Positions 52,521-64,000 of a stretch of 64,000 nt of DNA are shown piece by piece; position 1 is the first letter of the stretch; each line of letters begins with the position of its first letter. Origin of the DNA: the human T2T-CHM13v2.0 reference genome, Homo sapiens. The notes below the pieces were generated by a model. That model saw only the letters and a list, made by a program, of their open reading frames with translations. It did not search any database and was not told the origin of the DNA. A program made the translations under genes and the position numbers. Location of the stretch: the NCBI RefSeq assembly GCF_009914755.1, contig NC_060933.1. The stretch is one strand, 5' to 3'.

Positions 52521-52929
52521 TCACTTCAGTAAAGTTTTCTAGTTTTCTTAAAAAAAAAAAAACAAAAAACAGCAGATTCAACCCACTTTCTTCTGGCCTT
52601 TAAGTCCAATATTATAATTAGAATAAACTGCTCCCAAAAGGATGTGAATAACACACCCTACAACCTGGACTGAGGTTTTTTCATTATTACACTCATGACT
52701 TCTGCTCCAATATGTGTTTGAACACTGTTTGAGTGAGAGGCGGTGTTTCTTAACATTCTCTTCTTCTGCATATCCAGAACAAATAATACAAAGGGAATCT
52801 AGAAACTACCTAACCCCATAGCCAGATCATTCTGACAATGCTATAGAAAAATTAGGTAGGATATGCCATATTATAAAGTAGGGCCATGAGTTCAAAAAAC
52901 AAATAACACATGGACTAGCTAGGGAAGCC

Positions 52930-53840
<911 letters not shown>

Positions 53841-53954
53841 CAGGCATCCACTGAAGACTCACCCACATACCCATTTCTTAATTCTACACCCATCCTCTAA
53901 CAGGCATTCAAGTGGCACTCCAAAGGAACAAGGCATTGCAGGCTTTCTACAGCA

Positions 53955-54400
53955 CTATCAATCAGGGTTCTTTGGTTGCAAGTAAAAAAAAAAAAAATAC
54001 AACTCTGAATAATTAAACAGTAACAGGAACATATTAGAAGGCATGAGACAGTTCACAAAACTCAAGAGAAAGCTGAAAAATCAGGCCTTAAAGAGGACAC
54101 AATTCAAAACAGTAGCTAATACGTAGGCTCCAGGAACTAATAAATGAGTTGTGAGTCCACTGTCAAGGTGAAGTTGTCACTCACTGAGCCACTGAGCTCA
54201 CAATTCAGCTTCCAGGGACACCGTGGGGAGTATGTGATATCTCCAATATCACATACTTCCGTTGACTAGTAGGGGACGAAGCACATTGACCAACAGACAG
54301 TTCAATCATGACCAAATCCAATAAAGAAGTCTTCCAGAAAGCAATTGCAAATCAGGAAGATGTTATCAGAAGAAAGGGATCCTGGGCTGGCACCATAAAG
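53955..54400 (+). mobile_element. Ancient MLT1-type LTR
   Basis: tcagggttctttggttgcaagt...aactc start typical of old MLT1 elements. Confidence 0.55.
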
Positions 54401-55255
54401 GATTTGTGCCTTGCTTTTTTCAGGTTAAGACAGCAGGGACTTGCCACGGAGACTCTAAAGTCTGTTCCTCCAACCTTTCCCATTGCAGTGAGAGCAATAA
54501 TTTCCCTGACCCTATAAAAGGCATGCAAAGTGTATCCAGGTCAAGAGCTTGGGTAACATCAACACTGTGAAATGTGGGGACAGATATCTTGGTGGAAAAA
54601 GCACTGAGACTTCTGTTTCCATCAGCAAAGAAGACTAAACACCAAGGGAAACAACTAAACTATCTGAATAAAATATCCCTTAAAATGCATTGCTTAGTAG
54701 GCAATTTTTTAAAATTTTTTAAAATCCACAGAGGCCCAAAATGAAATGAAATCAGGAATTCTTAGAAATGAGCAAGCCGTAATTGCCCTGAGGGTAGCTG
54801 CCAATCCCGAAGGCTCAGCACTGTTTTGTAGGCTTTTTGAGGTACAAGAGACAAGAAATACGCATCGAGGGCCTGTTCAAGGTGGAGACCACACAAGAAG
54901 ACTATACAAAACTTGGGATTTCCAAAGGTCTACATAGTCAGAGTAGGGGTGAATGAATATAAGCATATTTTCTTTTTGCCTTGTATATCCCAGACTTGGA
55001 GCTGAAAATGACCCAAAAATGCCACAGGGGACAAAACAAATTGCCCCCAAAAGCCTCCTCTAGCCAAATAAGCAGAACAGGGGAAGCCTAGCAAGATGGA
55101 AAACTTTTAGACAATAAACTGCTCCCCTCTAGCCAAACACCACAGAAAACTGTGACCCCACGTGTAACCACACCAAAAAGGTCAAGTAAGGAGCCTAGGT
55201 GCAACTTCATGCCACTGTGATAGGCTCAGTGATGGTCCTCAAAGATATCCAGGCC

Positions 55256-56800
55256 CTCTGAGACTATAAAAATTCTAGAAGATAACATTGGAAAAACCCT
55301 TCTAGACATTGGCTTAGGGAAGGATTTCATGACCAAGAATCCAAAAGCAAATGCAATAAAAACAAAGATAAATAGGTGAGACTTAATTAAACTAAAGAGC
55401 TTTTGCACAGCAATAGGAACAGTCAGCAGAGTAAACAGACAACCCACAGAGTGGGAGAAATCTTCACAATCTGTACATCTGACAAAGGACTAGTATCCAA
55501 AACATACAACAAATTCAAACAAATTAGCAAGAAAAAAACAAACAGTCTCATCAAAAAGTGGGCTAAGGACATGAATAGATAATTCTCAAAAGAAGATTAC
55601 AAATGGCCAACAAACATATAAAAATTCTCAACATTACTAATGATCGGGGAAATGCAAATCAAAACCGCAATGCAATACCACCTTACTCCCACAAGAATGA
55701 CCACACTCAAAAAATAATAGATGTTGGCGTGGATAGAGTGAAAAGGGAAAATATACTTCAACACTGCTGGTGGGAATGTAAACTAGAACGATCACTATGG
55801 AAAACAGTGTGGAGATTCCTTACAGAACTAAAAGGAACTACTCACTCTGTCCTCCAGGGTGAAGGCAATCATAGCTCACTGCAGCCTTGAACTCCTAGGC
55901 TCAGGAGATCCTCTCCCCTCCATCTCATGAGTAGCTGGGACTACAAGCACCTGCCACCACATCCAGATTTTTTTTTTTTTTTTTTTTTTGGAGAGATGAG
56001 GTCTCACTGTGTTGCCCTAATTTTCTTTTTGTTTTTGTAGAGACAGGGTCTTTCTATGTTGCCCAGCCTGGTCTTCAACTCCTGGACTCAAGTGATCCTT
56101 GACTCAAGTGATCCTCTTGCCTCAGACTCAGGAGTGACTGGGATTACAGGTGTGAGCTAGTACACTGGGCTGACAGTTCCTTCTAAAGCAAAACATGCAA
56201 CGACCATACAATTCATTAGTTGCACACCTGAGAATTTATTCCAGAGAAATGAAGACTTATGTTCACACTAAAACTTGTACATAAATGTTTATAGAAGCTT
56301 TATTTACATAGTAGCAACAAATAATACTGGGAATAAACAGATGTCCTTCAACAGGTTAAATATGGCACATCAGTGGTTAAACTGTGGTACATCCATATCA
56401 TGAACTACTACTCAGCAATTAAAAGGAATGAATTGTTGATATATACAACACTTATCTGTAATCTTCAGGGAATTATGCTGAGTGGAAAAAGCCTATTTCA
56501 ATATATAACATTTATATATCATTGGTGAAATGAAAAAATTATAGAAATGGAGAACAACTTAGTGATTGCCCAGAGTTAAGGAGTGGGTGTGGGTGGGAGG
56601 GAAGTGGCTGTGAACATAAAAAGGCAATATGAGTGGCGCTGGACATGTTCCGATATTGATCTATGTAAGTATATCCTGGTTGTGATACTATACTATTGTT
56701 TTACAAGATGCTACCCTTGGGTGAAACTAGGTAAAGGATACATAGGATCTCCATGTATTATTTCTTACAATGCATGTGAATCTCTGAGCATAAAAAAGAA
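55256..56800 (+). mobile_element. L1PB-like ORF2 fragment (to ~55835), AluJ (-, ~55840-56170) and old L1 3' end
   Basis: actataaaaattctagaagataacattggaaaaacccttctagacattgg; L1M 3' UTR motifs. Confidence 0.8.
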
Positions 56801-56980
56801 AATCACTGATGAATACATGCCTTCTGATCCCATTCATTAAAAATGCAAAATGGATAAAACTAAATCATATCTTTCTTGTTTAGGGATTCATACCTCTAGG
56901 AGTGATGTTAGAAATACTTTCAACTAGTCTGAAAGATTCGTCATCCAACACCCCCTAACAGCAATTAGGTTTACTTCTCT

Positions 56981-57856
<876 letters not shown>

Positions 57857-58949
57857 CAAAAAAAGAAAAAATACTTTTTGGCTAGTTCAGCACACGCACC
57901 AACCAGTCGGAGTGGACACCCAGCCAATCGGAACAAATGCCAGCTGTCAACAACAGGAAACACTGTACTGTACCTGACTTAGTGCAAAGGGGCCTGGGAA
58001 ATGGAGTTGCTGGCTGAGCAATTGTTGTGCAGTGATGACTCACCCTGTGGCACCAGATGCACCCATCCTGGTGGACGGCTAGCTGGCCCTGCCTCAAATC
58101 ACATAAGGTACCACAAGCTTCCATCTCAGGTGTCTGCTTTCAACCCCTGCATGTCCCCTCCACCGCACCCTATCATCAAGGCCAGCTAGTCCACCCAAAC
58201 CATTTCAATGGCAGCGAATGACACACCTCCAATGTAGTTAAGGAGGGGCAGGTGAGGGAAACTCTCATCTACAGTGGATTCTCAAGTCAGCACACCCACC
58301 CCAGCCTTCCCGCTCTTTGCTATTAGACAAACGATGAAACTAAGAGAGGAAAAAGGCCCTCCTTGGGATTACCCAGCAAGTCAGGAGTAGCCCAGGACTC
58401 TGGCTGCCTGCACAAGGCTGGCAGCAGCGGGACATGTCAGCCCACCTTTCATGGAAGCAGCCCAGGGAATTAGTCCTGATGCCAACGCCCAGCTCTGGAG
58501 TTCCTGACACCTTTTCTTGGATCTAGGCCCTTTCAAAAGGAGCATTTCAAATAAGAGCCATCAACACTTACAGAGGGTGGGTCTTAATCCATAGAGGATC
58601 ATTAGCTTCACCCAAGTGATGGGCCATCCATCAGCACCTCCCCTTTTTCCACCAATTATCTATCTGCTAATTATCCGGGATTAAGAATTGACACGGAGCG
58701 ACATGGTCATTAACCACATATTTGCACAGCTTATTCATGTTAGTTGGGCTGCTCCATCTCACTGAGTCTAATTGGACACGCCCACAATGCTGCACAACAC
58801 ATTTACATCGACCTGGCTGTCAGCAGCCAATAAAGGACTACAGGATGTGTTTGGTTCCAAAGGGACTTGGCTCTCGGCAGAAGCTTGTTTGCAGGCACAC
58901 TGGGTGTCTTGGCTTTCTGGCACTGTGGACTACAGCTTAACTCAGAGCA

Positions 58950-59620
58950 TACACTCAATCATTTCTCAAACATTTGTTAGCTCAAGCACTGTACCAGGCA
59001 CAGCACTGGCCCTAGCAGGGTCTACAAAGATGAACCAGGCACCATTTCTGCCACCTCGAGGAGGTTTACCTTCTGCCCTCCATGATGTGACCCTGTCTAG
59101 CAGGCCCCCTCCTGCCCACCTGGGGCATGTGTGCCATCTACCAGCCCACTCCACATTCTCTGCGCAGGTCTCTGTGCTCTTCCTTCAGCCTGGAATTCTT
59201 CTGTCCACCTGGCTCTGTCTGAAGACGCCACCTCCTCTGTGAGGCCTCTCCTGATTTCTGAGACCACACAAATCTCTCCCTGGGCTGCGTTTTCATGGCA
59301 TGCTGCCTTCAGTCAAGGGAACACATGCAAGCAGAAAGAGCTCAGAGCTGTGTGAGAAAGAAAAGCAGCATGTGTGGTCTCAGAAATCAGAAGAGGCCTC
59401 ACGGAGGAGGTGGCATCTTCAGACAGAGCCAGGTGGACAGAGGGATTCAGGCTGAAGGAGTAGCACAGAGATCAGCAAGGAGAATGGTCTAGTGCGTGGC
59501 ACACATAGTACTGATGGGAAGGGTGTGGCCTGGCAGGCAGGGTCACATCATGGAGATCTATGAGTGTTCTGTTAGGGTCTGGAAGTTTCTCCTCAGGGCA
59601 TGAGGAACCATGGAAGAGAT
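58950..59620 (-). mobile_element. L2 3' region containing an inverted copy of itself
   Basis: L2 tail-like sequence at 58950-59070 continuing at ~59310-59620; inverted copy at 59078-59270. Confidence 0.65.
59078..59555. repeat. Inverted repeat, arms 59078-59270 and 59371-59555, 100-bp spacer
   Basis: 59200-59270 matches the reverse complement of 59371-59441 at 68/71; the outermost 29 bp match at 26/29. Confidence 0.95.
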
Positions 59621-59659
59621 TTTGTTTTTTCAGTGTGTATGCATAGGTGGATGTGTTTT

Positions 59660-60245
59660 AGTAAACTTTTTATTGAAATGTAACATATGTATAGAAAAGT
59701 ACAAAATTTTTCACAAACTGACCGCATCTACGTAATAGCACTCAGATTAAAACAATAACAAATTATTACTAAAACTCCAGAGATCCACTCTGGCCTCTTT
59801 CAGGAACTACTTACATACAAGAAAAATAACCATCCTAACATCATAAACTAGTTTTCACTATTTTCTTGTGTGTGGCTTTTTTCACTCCACATATGTTTGC
59901 AAGACTCCCCCATGTTGTTAGACATAAATGCACTTTGTTCTTGCTCATTGCTGGTTGATATCCCATTGTATGGATGCACTGCAATTGTTGATGAGCTTTG
60001 TGCAGTTTCCAGTTTGGGGCTGTAAACCTTCCTGCACATGCCTTTACGTGCTCCTCTGGGGGTAAATCTGTTGCATGCATATCTAGGAGTGGAATTGCTG
60101 GGTTGTGGGCTATGCATATATCTACTTGAGTAGATACTTCTAGTTTCCCAAAGTTGTTCTACCCATGTACACGCCCACCAGGGATGCACAGGAGTTCTCA
60201 TTGCTCTATATTCTTGTCAACACTTGGTATTGTCAGTCTTTTTGT
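59660..60245 (-). mobile_element. Old L1 (L1ME-like) 3' end
   Basis: aaactttttattgaaatgtaac...ttccagtttggggct...ctaggagtggaattgctggg. Confidence 0.75.
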
Positions 60246-61636
60246 GTTTTATGCTTGTTTTTTTTTTTTTAGGGGAATGACCACCTGGTGGAGGTGGAGT
60301 CCCACTTGGGTTGAAGTATACTCACTCTGGCAGGAATGAAATCAGTGGTAATAGAGCTAGAATGAAAAAGGCCAATAAGAAGAGACGCCATAGAAGTGGA
60401 ATACACAGGACTTGCACACAAGGTAGAAATGAACTTAAGAGGGAGATGGAGGAAGGTTTCTGTATGGGGTGGCTGGCTGGATGAGGGACTTCAGATTTGA
60501 AGCCAGGAGAAAACATCCCAATTTTATAACATCATGTTTGAAATGTAGGACAATGAGATGAAGATGTCCAATAAACTGTTAGCTATATGAGTCTGTTGCT
60601 TAGGGATGAGGTCAAGGCTGTAGACAGAGTTAGGAGTTATCACAGAGATGGGGGTTGAGGCTGGGGGGTGGCTGAGATTTCTCAGGTGGTTGTGTGCAAT
60701 GAAAGAGACAAGGGCTGAAGACCAGACGCCTGGCTTAGGGGATGAGCGGAGGAAGAACAAGAGACAACATCGCTTCCCTCTGAAATGCTGGCACGGGCTG
60801 CGAAGCATGAGTCAGACCCTTCTAGCCCCAGCAGCAGCCTCAACAGCCTGGGTCTATCTCACCAGCCACACAGTTTTCTCCTGAATGAACTTGCATCACT
60901 AACCTCAGAAGCTGTGTTGCGAAATCCGCATCAGATTGCGTACCTCTGGTGGCGTCCTAGGGACAATGGGCACTAAAGACTCATAGCATCCTGGGGTTGG
61001 AGTCCTCCTCTCCGCCTCCACAACATCCCTGCCAATCAGTTATCGAGCACCCCAGGCAGGGAACTCATAACTTCCCACGGCATCCCATTTCCTTGTTGAG
61101 CAAGTGAAGATCTAAGAAAACCTTTTCTTGCAATCTCACGATACTGAAAAGTCAAAGAAAAAGATAACGCTATAATTTAATGGTAATGATCCAGGACAGA
61201 GTGAAATGCAAGGACTCTGCATCCTGGAAAATCCATGTCTATTAATGTACCCATCAGCATCTTCTTGCTGGGGTTAGGGTCATGGTGTTTGACTCCCCAC
61301 AGGAAGCTGCAGTGATTTCATTACTATTTGCACACTGGTTGGGAATGTGCTCATCCGCTGCAGGCATTCCTCTGGCTTCATCAAGCAGTGAGTACAAGGG
61401 CCCTGGAATCTGGCCAGTCTCTCAGGACTGAAGCAGTGCATGCTACAGCACAAATCTACCAGGCTGGACACGTGGGAAGAATGAGCGGCTGTTAGATGAG
61501 AGCGAGCCCACTGCAAGCAAAGAGGGCAGAATGCCATTCTGTTCAACATTTTTTTCTGCGTGTTTAGCAGCATGTGGTCCTGTGTGGGTCTCTGGAGAAG
61601 AAGAAAGAAGATGGATCTAAGAAATGGTTCTCACCC

Positions 61637-62479
<843 letters not shown>

Positions 62480-62540
62480 CTTTTGCTTTATTTTTATAAA
62501 TTAAGTTGGCAGTGTTTTTTTTTTCACAAGGTAATATTTA

Positions 62541-62930
<390 letters not shown>

Positions 62931-63270
62931 CTAGCCTACTCTACCTCTGAGTCCTATTTTCAGGAGGTAGCAACTTCCAACTCTTTAAGCTTCCTCTTAT
63001 GTTGGTTACCTGCAAATTTCTAAGTCATAAGCTATGTCAGAGACTAACAGCCCTCCACAATCCATGTTCTCTTTTTCCTGGGTGTACAGCTAGATCTCAT
63101 TCTTCAGCTCCTGCTCCTGTCTCCTCTTCCTCCTTCCAGGCCCCCAGCCCCAAAGTTAGAGGCAATTGAGCTCTAGCCAATGAAATGTGAGCAGAAGTGC
63201 TAGTGCCACTTCTAAGCCTGGTCCCTAAAACCACCATGTTCACCCATGTGCTCCTCTATGATCTTTCTTC

Positions 63271-63575
<305 letters not shown>

Positions 63576-63667
63576 TATGATCTTTCTTGTTATGGCTGCC
63601 TGGAATGGAGATGATGTCCTTGCAGGCTCTGGAAGCCACATACTAAAAGATGAAAGAGCATTCATTA

Positions 63668-63942
63668 GGCTGGGTACAGTGGTTCACGCCTGTAATCCCA
63701 GCACTTTGGGAGGCCAAGAAGGGCAGATTGCTGGAGCTCAGGAGTTCGAGACCAGTCTGGGCAATGTGGTGAAGCCCCAACTCTACTAAAAATACAAAAA
63801 TTAGCTGGGCGTGGTGGCGCATGCCTATAATCCCAACTACTCGGGAGGCTGAGGCACAAGAGCATGCCACTGCACTCCAGCCTGGGCGACAGAGTGAGAA
63901 TCCATCTCAAAAAAAAAAAAAAAAGAAAAAAGAAAAAAAAAA
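63668..63942 (+). mobile_element. AluS with right-arm internal deletion
   Basis: Lacks the aatcgcttgaacc...gagatc segment; TSD agcattcat. Confidence 0.9.
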
Positions 63943-64000
63943 GCATTCATCAGCCAGTGTCTGAATGAGGGAAAGAAGGAAGACTGACCTACCAGTCTGC

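Noticed and set aside
60938-60955. CTCF-like CCACCAGAGG on the minus strand
   Set aside because: The 3' half of the core (GGCRS) does not match

Overview
Human genomic DNA containing the FOXE1 (TTF-2) locus, which from established knowledge lies at 9q22.33. The only supportable protein-coding gene is the intronless forkhead gene FOXE1 (37852-38973, +, 373 aa, 16-alanine allele). It sits in a large CpG island with satellite islands at ~32.3-33.3 kb and ~41.6-42.4 kb. Its GC-box promoter is known to be bidirectional with the thyroid lncRNA PTCSC2, which runs leftward on the minus strand. The ~29.7-45.4 kb core is almost free of L1 and Alu. The flanks are nested mosaics of L1, Alu, MaLR/ERV LTRs, MIR, L2, L3 and DNA transposons; subfamily calls were made by eye and boundaries are approximate. 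All other ORFs in the track are repeat-derived or GC-shadow frames. The locus is well studied and I cannot establish a new biological system. The most notable unexplained features are: (1) a highly homogenised L2-derived inverted repeat at 59078-59555 beside a homeodomain/NKX2-motif cluster; (2) a strong-Kozak uORF in the FOXE1 leader; (3) a distal poly(A) signal inside a MER33; (4) an L1-in-L1 palindromic junction; (5) a decayed 8-mer repeat upstream of the promoter; (6) a very young AluYg6 inside an octamer-rich LTR.
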